Origin: Armatimonadota bacterium | Lineage (GTDB): Bacteria > Armatimonadota > Fimbriimonadia > Fimbriimonadales > GBS-DC | Length of the DNA: 64,000 nt | Assembly (NCBI GenBank): GCA_037444405.1 | Contig: JBBIML010000006.1 | Location: forward strand, 128,001-192,000 | Direction: 5' to 3' | Shown: one piece after another, positions 1 to 8,706 of the stretch | Layout: every line of letters begins with the position of its first letter | Numbering within the stretch: position 1 is the first letter of the stretch | Position numbers and translations under genes: made by a program | The notes under the pieces: model-generated | Databases searched by the model: none | Seen by the model: only the letters and a program-made list of their open reading frames with translations | Told to the model about the DNA's origin: nothing

Positions 1-1200
1 ACCAGGCGAGGCGCCCAGCCCCTGCGCAATCAGCGGGTATTCGCCCGTCGTTAGTGCCTGCTCGTCCAGATGCGGATGCAGCACCTGGTCTAAATGCGCG
101 GGCGAGACGCGCAGCACCGCCTCATCACGCCCGATCAGACCCTCATGCACCATATCGACGGCAATCTTGACCGCCGCGCGACCCGTGCGCTTGCCCACCC
201 GACACTGGAGCATCCAGAGCGTGCCCCGCTCGATGGTGAATTCCAGATCCATCATATCGCGATAGTGGCGCTCCAGTCGGTCGGCAATCTCCAGAAACTG
301 CTGATACAGTTCGGGCATCCGCTCACGCAGGGCGTCCAGCGGCAGTGGCGTGCGGACGCCTGCCACCACATCCTCGCCCTGCGCGTTCGGCAGGAACTCG
401 CCGTAAAGCACCTTCTCGCCCGTGGCAGGGTCGCGTGTGAACGCCACGCCGGTGCCCGAATCGTCGCCCATATTGCCGAACACCATCGCCTGCACATTGC
501 ACGCCGTGCCCAGATCGTGTGGAATCTTCTCCCGCTCGCGATACACAATCGCCCGCTCGTTGTTCCACGAGCGGAACACCGCCTCAATCGCCATCTCCAG
601 CTGGACAAAGGGCTCCTGTGGGAACTCTTTGCCATGCTCGCGCACAATCTGTTGGAACGCTTCCACCAGCTCCTTAAGCGATTCGGCGGGCACTTCGGTG
701 TCCTGCGTCACGCCCAGCCGCGCCTTCAGCTCCGAAAATCGCTCCTCGAACAGCTTTTTGGGGATGTCCATCACCACATCGCTGAACATCATGATGAATC
801 GGCGGTAGGCGTCGTACACGAAGCGCGGGTTCCTGGTGAGGCGAATCATGCCCTGCGCGGTGCGGTCGTTCAGTCCGAGATTGAGGATGGTGTCCATCAT
901 GCCGGGCATGGAGAACTTGGCGCCGGAGCGCACGGAGACCAGCAGCGGGTTGTCGGGGTCGCCGAACCGCTTGCCAACCCGCTGCTCGACCACGGCGAGC
1001 TTCTCGCGCACCTCGTCCATCAGGTCGTCGGGCAGTCGCCCGCGGCGCATATAGTCGCGACACACATCGGTGGTGATAGTGAATCCGGGCGGTACGGGCA
1101 GCCCGATGTTGGTCATTTCCGCCAGATTGGCGCCCTTCCCGCCTAACAGGTCGCGCATGTCGGCGCGTCCTTCCTCAAAGAGATAGACCCGCTTCATCAT
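1..1200 (-). CDS. ppdK: pyruvate phosphate dikinase (5' part; runs off the window start)
   Basis: Manual translation gives [44 protein letters not shown]...[33 protein letters not shown] upstream. Absent from the ORF track because no stop lies in the window. Confidence 0.97.
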   Translation of the reverse strand, partial: MMKRVYLFEEGRADMRDLLGGKGANLAEMTNIGLPVPPGFTITTDVCRDYMRRGRLPDDLMDEVREKLAVVEQRVGKRFGDPDNPLLVSVRSGAKFSMPGMMDTILNLGLNDRTAQGMIRLTRNPRFVYDAYRRFIMMFSDVVMDIPKKLFEERFSELKARLGVTQDTEVPAESLKELVEAFQQIVREHGKEFPQEPFVQLEMAIEAVFRSWNNERAIVYREREKIPHDLGTACNVQAMVFGNMGDDSGTGVAFTRDPATGEKVLYGEFLPNAQGEDVVAGVRTPLPLDALRERMPELYQQFLEIADRLERHYRDMMDLEFTIERGTLWMLQCRVGKRTGRAAVKIAVDMVHEGLIGRDEAVLRVSPAHLDQVLHPHLDEQALTTGEYPLIAQGLGASPG

Positions 1201-1214
1201 TTCAACCTCCTGTT

Positions 1215-1430
1215 GATCGTGGATTGTTTCTGGCGGGAACATGGCAGGGCGAGACTCGGCGCCCAGTTCCAGCCTCGCCGCGTCGCGAAAGCGGACACCC
1301 CCACCAGCTGAATTCTGGATGGCTGACGCTGCGCCTTAGCCGATAAGCGCGCTTCAGCCGCCCAGCAACGCACCTGCTGAAATCGTCCATTCTGGGGCAC
1401 CGCTGCCCACACCCTCTTAGACGCCCTCCG
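1215..1430 (-). ncRNA. candidate structured leader or ncRNA upstream of ppdK
   Basis: A -10 box (GGGTATAAT, 1437-1445) lies ~235 nt before the ATG. Nested complementary segments: CTGGGCGGCTGA/TCAGCCATCCAG, GGACG/TGTCC, GGCGAGGCT/AGTCTCGCC. Confidence 0.35.
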
Positions 1431-1573
1431 CAGGCGATTATACCCTCAAAATTGCCCATGTCGAGCCTCTCAACAAGGATTTTGCGGGAGATGTCGGGTA
1501 GCTGTGAAATATTTGCCGAGAATGGGGCAGGAATCAGATAGGCGGTAACGAATCACCAATCTGAGGGTTAGCG

Positions 1574-1840
1574 ATGAAAAACTGGGCAACGGTCGGACTG
1601 ATGGTGTGGATAGGCACGCTCGCTGCACAGGCGCAGAGCGTGGAGCAGAGTTGTGCCTTATTCAAGGGGGCGTAAGCATAGCAGTTTGAATACCGTCTGC
1701 CGCGCGGCTATCGCTTCGCAAGGATGTTTAGCAGACCGTCGACGATGATTGCTGGTCTCATGCCCCACACTCGCAGTGCAGGCAGTACACATATACCAGG
1801 ACTGCCGATGCGCCTTGCCTACAGACCAAGTGAAGACTTC
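1574..1840 (+). pseudogene. decayed secreted-protein gene remnant
   Basis: GAGGG RBS then signal-peptide-like MKNWATVGLMVWIGTLAAQAQ. In-frame TAA (1673) and TAG follow, then the frame reopens (QFEYRLPRGYRFARMF...). Confidence 0.45.
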
Positions 1841-1843
1841 CAT

Positions 1844-2665
1844 TCAGAGAGGAGAGCGGCGCAGGGGGGAGAGGGTCACTTCGGCGGTGGCAATCTCGGT
1901 CGGGCGGACGCCAAAGTGCGCGGCGGCGGAACCCTGATTGAGCGCAATCTCCAGATGACCGCTGCTGCCAAAGTATGCCACCGGCTCGCCCACCGCCACC
2001 TCGCCAAAGGTGCGCCGGAGAGGAATCGGCACACCCCTGAACCGAATCGTCGCCTCGCCATCGCCCGATAACCACGCACGGAACTGACGCTCCGGCAAAT
2101 CAAAAATCAGGTTGCCAAAGCCGTCGATGTGCAGCAGGTGCGTGCGGATGCCATCGGGCGATATTTCGGGGTCAATCGCGTCCAGTTGATGCAACGAGGC
2201 GGGGTCTATTGACGTGCCGAGCTGCTCCAGCGGGGTGCCGTTAAACAGGTGCGCGGCGACGGGCGCGAACAGGTCGCGCCCGTGAAAGGTGGCGCTCACT
2301 TCGGGCAGGAAGTAGCGCGGGTTGTCCAGCGCGACTACCCGCTGGAACGGGTCGATGCGCATCGCCAGCGACAGCAGCCCGTTATCGGGCGCGATATAGC
2401 GATGGCGTGACGCCTGCACCGCGACCGCCCGCCGCGCCGTGCCGACGCCCGGGTCCACCACCGCGACGATGTGCGTGCCATCAGGCAGGTGCGGGATGGC
2501 GGTCATCAGCAGGTACGCGCCGCTACGCCGATTGCCCGCAGGCACGCCGTGCGTCAAATCGAGCAGGCGCGCCTGCGGCGCCCGCTGCATCAGCACCGCC
2601 TTCAGCTGACCCACATAGGTGTCGGTGTAGCCGTAGTCGGTCAGCAGCGCGATAATCCCGCTCAC
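1844..2665 (-). CDS. SAM hydroxide adenosyltransferase / SAM-dependent halogenase family (DUF62)
   Basis: Motifs IALLTDYG, VVDPGVGTARR, APDNGLL, SATFHGRDLFAPVAAHL, HIDGFGNL, GSSGHLEIA. Confidence 0.93.
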   Translation of the reverse strand: MSGIIALLTDYGYTDTYVGQLKAVLMQRAPQARLLDLTHGVPAGNRRSGAYLLMTAIPHLPDGTHIVAVVDPGVGTARRAVAVQASRHRYIAPDNGLLSLAMRIDPFQRVVALDNPRYFLPEVSATFHGRDLFAPVAAHLFNGTPLEQLGTSIDPASLHQLDAIDPEISPDGIRTHLLHIDGFGNLIFDLPERQFRAWLSGDGEATIRFRGVPIPLRRTFGEVAVGEPVAYFGSSGHLEIALNQGSAAAHFGVRPTEIATAEVTLSPLRRSPL

Positions 2666-3108
2666 AGGTTCGCCTCCTCCAGCAGCGCGTGGCAGCAGTC
2701 GACCAGCCGGATTGTGCCCACGAACCGCCCTTCGCCCGTCACGGGCAGGGTGTCCAGCCCGTGCGCGTGCATCAGCGCAACCGCCTGCTCAATCGGAGCG
2801 CGTTCATCAATCGCGGGCGGGTTTGCCAGCATCCAGTCGGTGATGGGCGTCCGAGCATAAGCCTGTGCTTCGGGACGCAGGGTGTCCAGCGTCGGCAGCG
2901 GCTGACCGCTCCCGTACGCACTCAGAAAGCGTGCGAACAGCCGCTCGAACAGCTGGCGCTCCGTGACGATGCCCTGCAACACACCCTCGCCATCCAGCAC
3001 AGGCAGCAGCGTGACCTGATAGAGGTCTAACTTGTCCACCGCGTCCTGCAGGGTGGCGTCGGTGCGCAGGGTGGGCGCGTGCGTGTTGATGAACTCCAGC
3101 ACTCTCAT
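2662..3108 (-). CDS. CBS-domain pair protein
   Basis: True start MRVLEFINTHAPTL overlaps the upstream stop (ATGA). Two CBS motifs: LPVLDGEGVLQGIVT and LPVTGEGRFVGTI. Confidence 0.85.
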   Translation of the reverse strand: MRVLEFINTHAPTLRTDATLQDAVDKLDLYQVTLLPVLDGEGVLQGIVTERQLFERLFARFLSAYGSGQPLPTLDTLRPEAQAYARTPITDWMLANPPAIDERAPIEQAVALMHAHGLDTLPVTGEGRFVGTIRLVDCCHALLEEANL

Positions 3109-4244
3109 GATGGCAGACGGTTCACCTCGCGAATAATTGCCAGCGTGAGATCGACGCTGCGGGACAGATTGTCGATGCGCACAAACTCCTCGTGGGTATG
3201 CACTTTTTCCATCGCGGTGCCGACCACGCAGCAGGGCAATCCGCGCGCGATGAAGATGTTCGCGTCGGAGCCGCCGCCCGTGGGTCGCATGGGGGCTTCC
3301 AGCCCGATGGTATGAGCGGCAGACCGCACGATGCGCACGGGCAAGTCGTTCTCCGTGAGCTGGTAGCCCACATAGTGGCGCTCCACCTGAATCTCGGCAT
3401 CGCCGCCCCGCTCGCGCGCCGCCTGCTCGAAGCACTCGATCATATGGGCGATCTGCGCGTCCACTTTGGCGATGGTGCGGCTGCGGGCTTCGGCGCGGAT
3501 GCGCACTTCGGGGCAGACGATGTTGGTGGCGTGCCCGCCCTGAATCGCGCCGATGTTGGCGGTGGTCTCCTCGTCGATGCGTCCCAGTCGCATGCGGGCG
3601 ATGGCGTGCGCGGCGATTTCAATTGCGCTGATGCCCTTCTCTGGCTCCACGCCCGCGTGCGCAGGCTTGCCGATGAGGCGCACCTCCATCGTGTCGTGCG
3701 TGGGCGTCTGCGATACAATCGCGCCCACCGGCGGTCCCGAATCGTACACGAAGCCGAAGTCGCTCTCCACCAGGCTCATATCGAGCGCGCGGGCGCCTTT
3801 CAGTCCGATCTCCTCGCACACGGTCAACAGCAGTTGAATCTGCCCGTGCGGGAGGTTGTTCTCCACCACGATTCGGATGGCTTCCATGATCGCGCTCAGC
3901 CCCGCCTTGTCGTCCGCGCCCAGAATGGTGCTGCCATCGGTGCGGATGATGTCGCCTTCAATAATAATCTTCACATTCGGGTTCGGCTCGACGGTGTCGA
4001 GGTGGGCGCTGAAGAAGATTCGGGGCGCGCCGGAGATATTGGCGGGCAGGGTGGCGATGAGGTTATTCGCGTTGCCGTTGACGACCTGCGCGGCGTTATC
4101 TTCACGCACTTCCAGCCCCAGCCCGCGCAGGAAGCCCTTCACATACTCGGCAACCTCCCGCTCCTGACGCGAAGGCGAGTTGATGCTGCAGAGCGTGGTG
4201 AACAGCTCCACCAGACGATCCGACTGCACGCTGAGCGGCTCCAT
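3105..4244 (-). CDS. M20 family peptidase T-like metallopeptidase
   Basis: SAHLDTV, LGADDKAG, EEIGLKGA, GGGSDAN, HTHEE. Start set at MEPLSVQ; the longer ORF-track version is a shadow extension over ribF. Confidence 0.92.
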   Translation of the reverse strand: MEPLSVQSDRLVELFTTLCSINSPSRQEREVAEYVKGFLRGLGLEVREDNAAQVVNGNANNLIATLPANISGAPRIFFSAHLDTVEPNPNVKIIIEGDIIRTDGSTILGADDKAGLSAIMEAIRIVVENNLPHGQIQLLLTVCEEIGLKGARALDMSLVESDFGFVYDSGPPVGAIVSQTPTHDTMEVRLIGKPAHAGVEPEKGISAIEIAAHAIARMRLGRIDEETTANIGAIQGGHATNIVCPEVRIRAEARSRTIAKVDAQIAHMIECFEQAARERGGDAEIQVERHYVGYQLTENDLPVRIVRSAAHTIGLEAPMRPTGGGSDANIFIARGLPCCVVGTAMEKVHTHEEFVRIDNLSRSVDLTLAIIREVNRLPS

Positions 4245-4296
4245 AGTGGGGGTTCGATTCGCGCTGGCTGGCTTCGTTCCTGCTTCCCGCTGGGGA

Positions 4297-4380
4297 TCAG
4301 CCCCCTCACCCGTACCCTCTCCCCCGCGTGCGGGGGAGAGGGGCTTTTTGAACCTCCTCTCCCACAGCGGGGGAGAGGGA
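4297..4380. repeat. REP-like palindromic repeat, family A (CCCTCACCC..CCTCTCCC..GGGAGAGGG), tandem pair
   Basis: tcagccccctcacccgtaccctctcccccgcgtgcgggggagaggggc is near-identical to the reverse complement of 52925-52969. A related copy lies at 14330-14417. Confidence 0.8.
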
Positions 4381-4424
4381 TAAATAACTTCCTCTGGTGT
4401 GGGGTACAATAGGGCGCAGGCGAG

Positions 4425-5354
4425 ATGAGCTGGGTTGTGGGCGTGCAGGGCGCAGGCGCGGCGCTCGCTGCGGGTTGCGCCGTTGCGATTGGCAACTTCG
4501 ATGGCGTGCATCGGGGTCATCAGGCGATTGTGCAGCGGGCGCAGGCGTGGGCGCGGCAGGCAGGTGTGCCCGCTGTCGTGCTGACCTTTGACCCGCATCC
4601 GTCGGAGATCCTGCGCCCGCAGAATCCCGTTCCGCTGCTGTGCCCGCTCGCGCATCGGGTCGAACGCCTGCTTGCCTGCGGCGCCGACCTCGTGGTGGTG
4701 CAGCCCTTCACGCCTGACTTCTCGCGCCTGAGCGCGGACGCCTTCATCCAGCAGGTGCTGATTGAAGGGCTGAACGCGCGCGCGGTGGTGGTGGGCGTCG
4801 ATTTTCAGTTCGGGCATCAGCAGCAGGGCGATGTGGCGCTGCTGCGCCGTGAGGGGCGGTTCGAGGTGCTGACCGTGCCGCCCGTGCTGGATGAGAACGG
4901 CAAGCGCATCTCGTCCACCTACATTCGCCAGCTGGTTCAGGCGGGTGCGTTGCAACAGGCGGCGCAACTGCTCGGTGAGCCGTTCCGCTGGACCGGAATC
5001 GTGGTGCGGGGCGAATCGCGCGGGGCGACGCTGGGCTATCCGACGGCGAACCTTGTGCCTATTGGGCGACTGGTGCGCCCGCCCGAAGGGGTGTATGCGT
5101 GCCTTGCGGAGCTGGAGGGCAGGCGCTATGCGGCGGCGGTCAGCGTCGGCACGCCCCCGATGTTCCCTCACTCGCCCCCGCTTGTAGAAGCCTATCTGAT
5201 CGACTTCCCGCCACGCTCACTGTACGGGCGCATGCTCACGCTCCAGTTCATCCAGCGCCTGCGTCCCCAGCGCAAGTTCGAAAGCCTCGATGCGCTCGTG
5301 CAGCAGATGGCGCACGATGTGGAACAGACCCGCCAGCTGGTGACGGTCGATTAG
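4425..5354 (+). CDS. ribF: bifunctional riboflavin kinase / FAD synthetase
   Basis: IGNFDGVHRGHQ, TFDPHP, ISSTYIR, LGYPTAN, LRPQRKF. Confidence 0.97.
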   Translation: MSWVVGVQGAGAALAAGCAVAIGNFDGVHRGHQAIVQRAQAWARQAGVPAVVLTFDPHPSEILRPQNPVPLLCPLAHRVERLLACGADLVVVQPFTPDFSRLSADAFIQQVLIEGLNARAVVVGVDFQFGHQQQGDVALLRREGRFEVLTVPPVLDENGKRISSTYIRQLVQAGALQQAAQLLGEPFRWTGIVVRGESRGATLGYPTANLVPIGRLVRPPEGVYACLAELEGRRYAAAVSVGTPPMFPHSPPLVEAYLIDFPPRSLYGRMLTLQFIQRLRPQRKFESLDALVQQMAHDVEQTRQLVTVD

Positions 5355-5376
5355 AGCGATGCAGACTACCTTCCGC

Positions 5377-8300
5377 TCACGCCGACTGCGTCACCTGTTG
5401 CCACTGGCTCTGAGGCACCTGATAGCGCACAATCTCCCGAATCTGTTCGGGCTGGAGACGGCTGGCAGGGTTTTGAATCATGTGGAGTTGGGGCTGCTCG
5501 CTCGCGTGGGTGATGATGTAGAGCCAGTATTCATCGCCCAATCGCTGCGCCATAATCCACTCGTTGGGGGTCAGCACAATATCGCCTGTTTGGGCGCGTG
5601 CTTTCACCTCGATGTAGCGAACCGTGCCGTCGGGCGCTTCAGAGCGAATATCATAGCCGAGATTTTGCGCCGAGACATCCACGGGATTGCGCCCCTGTTG
5701 ACGCTCGTACTCCATCGCCACCTGCATGCCGATTGCCTCAACTTCGGCATCGGGCGTCATTCCTGACTGGGGCTTCGGGAGAACCTGCGCGACACCCAGC
5801 AGCTCAGGTGATTGCATAGAGAGGCTCTGCTCGCGTGCAATTTCCTGTTCCAGCGCGGCGAGCCGCTGTTCCGCCTCCACTTTGCGACGCTGGGTGTTGG
5901 CAATTTCTGCCTCAGGGATGTTTTCGCGCATGGAGTATTCTATCAGTTTATCGTTTAGTTCGCCAATTCGGCGATTCAACGAAGCGACACCGTACTTGCG
6001 TTTAATCTCAGCAAGTTGGGTTCGGGTTCGGCTGAGCTCGTCACGGAGCGGCATCACGAATTCCCGCATCAAAAACGCCCCTATAGAAGCCGTATCTGGC
6101 TCTGGGATCGTTGTGGGGGGATTCTGGGCTGGTACAAGGTCCCACAGGATTGCAGGGGGCACGAGGCGCGGTGTGCCATCCTGTGCCACATACACTGTGG
6201 CAATCTGCTGGGCAGCCGTGCGATTGTTGCCATCGCGGAGTTCGACACTGTAGAAGTAGAGCCAGCCGTCCAGTTTGCCGTCGGGGTCGTAGAAGGTGGC
6301 ACCGCGTTGGCAGGCGTCGCGGCTGGCTTCGCGCAGGCGCTCCCCAATCGCCTCCAGCAGGGGGTGCCCGGGCGCGATGAATTCGGCGCCTGAGGCGCGC
6401 GCCAGCTCTTTGCGAAACGCCAGCCTCTGATAGCTGCCTTGCACCTCACCATAGGTGCGTTTGAACGCCTCTGAGCGATGGCGCAGCTCAAAAGGCACAT
6501 TCGGCACGCTCCAGAGACCAGCATGCGAGCGCCGCGCACCGATTTGCAGATGCTGGCATGCTCGCTCAAAAAACTGCTCCACATACTCAGGCACGAGTCG
6601 GTTCTCGCGGGCGCGGCGCTCCTCCCCCACAATCGCCTGCATGTCGATGTGGCGTGTGGCTAACGCCTCCTGAGTGGCTTGCTGCACCTTCTCTATCAGC
6701 GCTCGGTCAGGCAGGGCGCGAATCGACTCCACAATCTCCTGCCAGTTGCGTCGATTCGTCACGGCGTCGATAATCAGCTCGCGCAGGTCGCGCTCCAGCA
6801 AATCGCCAATCACATCGAACACGCGGTCGGTGCCCATCTGCTCGCGGATGCGTTCCAGCTTTTCCAGCAGGGTTTCCAGCACCTCGCCCTCACGCGTGTC
6901 GTGCGCCACGAGGTTATAGATATGCACCTCTCGCGTCTGCCCATAGCGATGGATGCGCCCCATGCGCTGCTCCAGGCGGTTCGGGTTCCACGGAATGTCG
7001 TAGTTGACCATCAACGAGCAGAACTGCAGGTTAATGCCCTCGCCCCCCGCCTCGGTGGAGACCATCACTTGCGTCTCGTGGCGAAACTCATGTTCCGCCT
7101 GAATGCGCGCGTCGAGGTTCATGCCGCCGTGCAGCTCGGTGACGCTGTAGCCCCAGCTGCGCAGTTTCTTCACCAGATAGTCCAGCGTATCGCGCGATTC
7201 GGTGAAAATCAGCAGTTTCTCGTTGCGCCCGAGCAGTTGCAGTTCGTCCAGCACCTCACGCAGTTCCTTGAGCTTGGTCTCGATGCCCTGTTTCTCGGCT
7301 TGTTTTGCAAGTTGTACCAGATGGCGAAGGGTATTCACCTCCTGCTGAAGTTCTGCCTGCGTGGTGGCGTTGGTGAGCTTTTCAAGGAGCTCGTCTTCAA
7401 TCTTGAAGCGCTCTGCCTCTTCCAGCTCTTCCAGCTCCTCTTCGTCGTAAGGCAGTTTGCCCTGCCCTTGTTCGGTGAAGCGGATTCCGAGCTGGAGATA
7501 CTCTTCAAGGCGCTTGAGCCGTCTTTCGAGGGACTGGCGCGCGGCGTAGATGCTGGAGGCAAAGCGTCGCTGAAGCATCAGCAAGGCGAACGCCACATTG
7601 CGGTTCTCGCCCTGAAGCGCGCGTCCATACTCGCGCTCCACATACTCGGTGAGCGCGTTATACAGCTCCTTCTCGGCGTCGCTCAGTCGGAAGGTGCGCG
7701 TGAACACATGGCGCGGCGGGAACAGCGGGCGTCCCGAAAAATCTTTCAAATCCTCCTTGAGCCGCCGCAGATAGAGGGGGTTATCGCGCTGCACTATCGA
7801 TTGCTGCAGCGACTCCACCGTTCCGAAAAAGCCCGGACGGAGCAGGTCTAAAAACAGTCGGAAGTTTTCGGGGTCGCCGCGGTGCGGGGTGGCGGTCAGG
7901 AACAGAAGCCCATGCGTGCGCATCGAGAGCAGTTCGCCCAGCCGATAGCGGGCGGTTTTGTCGGTCTTGGAGCCATACTGATACGCCGCCATCTTGTGCG
8001 CCTCGTCCACAATCACCAGATCCCAGTGCGCTTCGTGCAAAGTCGCCATCACATCGGGCTGTTTGGCGTAGTCCATCGAGGTGATAATCTGGTTCTGGTC
8101 TTGCCACACATTGTGTCCCCAGTAGGCGTCCATCACACCTCTGTCCACGACGACAAACTGCTCATCGAACTTCTCTTTCATCTCGCGTTGCCACTGGTAT
8201 TTCAGGTGTCCCGGTACCACCAGCAGCACGCGCCGCGCCACGCCACGATACTTCAGTTCTTTAAGCAACAGCCCCGCCATGATGGTTTTGCCCGCGCCGG

Positions 8301-8706
8301 GGTCATCTGCCAGCAGGAAGCGCACATCAGGCTGGCGCAGAATGTAATGATAGACCGCCTCAATCTGGTGAGGCAGGGGGTCTATTTGCGACACATTCAC
8401 CGCGAGCAGGGGGTCAAAGAGATAGGCATAGTGCAGGCGGTACGCCTCAATCCCCAGGAAAAAAGCTTCAGGGTCGCCCTGAAAGTCGCGCATCAGGGGC
8501 GCTTGAATCTGCCACTGAGCAAGGTCAGCCTCTGAGAAAACGCCGTCGTAGGCTTGTTTCGTACGCACGCCCTGCGCGTAGATTTGCCAGAAGCCGTCCC
8601 CAAACGGCTGCACCTGCACCACGCGCACCGGTTCACGAAAGTGGCTCGATTCGACGATGCTCCCGATGGGCACAGGCAATTGGCTCGCGCCCTGCATCGC
8701 GCTCAC
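5377..8706 (-). CDS. SNF2-family helicase with C-terminal DUF3883-like nuclease domain
   Basis: LLADDPGAGKT, DEAH, TATPHRG, STEAGGEGINLQ, WNPNRLEQRMGRIHRYGQ. C-terminal GYDIRS...YIEVKAR...EW (PD-(D/E)xK-like). GTG start overlaps the DUF499 stop. Confidence 0.92.
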   Translation of the reverse strand: MSAMQGASQLPVPIGSIVESSHFREPVRVVQVQPFGDGFWQIYAQGVRTKQAYDGVFSEADLAQWQIQAPLMRDFQGDPEAFFLGIEAYRLHYAYLFDPLLAVNVSQIDPLPHQIEAVYHYILRQPDVRFLLADDPGAGKTIMAGLLLKELKYRGVARRVLLVVPGHLKYQWQREMKEKFDEQFVVVDRGVMDAYWGHNVWQDQNQIITSMDYAKQPDVMATLHEAHWDLVIVDEAHKMAAYQYGSKTDKTARYRLGELLSMRTHGLLFLTATPHRGDPENFRLFLDLLRPGFFGTVESLQQSIVQRDNPLYLRRLKEDLKDFSGRPLFPPRHVFTRTFRLSDAEKELYNALTEYVEREYGRALQGENRNVAFALLMLQRRFASSIYAARQSLERRLKRLEEYLQLGIRFTEQGQGKLPYDEEELEELEEAERFKIEDELLEKLTNATTQAELQQEVNTLRHLVQLAKQAEKQGIETKLKELREVLDELQLLGRNEKLLIFTESRDTLDYLVKKLRSWGYSVTELHGGMNLDARIQAEHEFRHETQVMVSTEAGGEGINLQFCSLMVNYDIPWNPNRLEQRMGRIHRYGQTREVHIYNLVAHDTREGEVLETLLEKLERIREQMGTDRVFDVIGDLLERDLRELIIDAVTNRRNWQEIVESIRALPDRALIEKVQQATQEALATRHIDMQAIVGEERRARENRLVPEYVEQFFERACQHLQIGARRSHAGLWSVPNVPFELRHRSEAFKRTYGEVQGSYQRLAFRKELARASGAEFIAPGHPLLEAIGERLREASRDACQRGATFYDPDGKLDGWLYFYSVELRDGNNRTAAQQIATVYVAQDGTPRLVPPAILWDLVPAQNPPTTIPEPDTASIGAFLMREFVMPLRDELSRTRTQLAEIKRKYGVASLNRRIGELNDKLIEYSMRENIPEAEIANTQRRKVEAEQRLAALEQEIAREQSLSMQSPELLGVAQVLPKPQSGMTPDAEVEAIGMQVAMEYERQQGRNPVDVSAQNLGYDIRSEAPDGTVRYIEVKARAQTGDIVLTPNEWIMAQRLGDEYWLYIITHASEQPQLHMIQNPASRLQPEQIREIVRYQVPQSQWQQVTQSA

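Noticed and set aside
94..1146. 350-aa plus-strand ORF
   Set aside because: Antisense shadow of ppdK, which is unambiguous on the minus strand.
1844..2665. Fluorinase/chlorinase implying halometabolite biosynthesis
   Set aside because: No biosynthetic cluster nearby; most DUF62 members are SAM hydrolases and specificity cannot be read by eye.
4245..5171. Apparent 688-aa peptidase with a long N-terminal extension
   Set aside because: The extension is the antisense of ribF plus a REP repeat; the real start is 4244.
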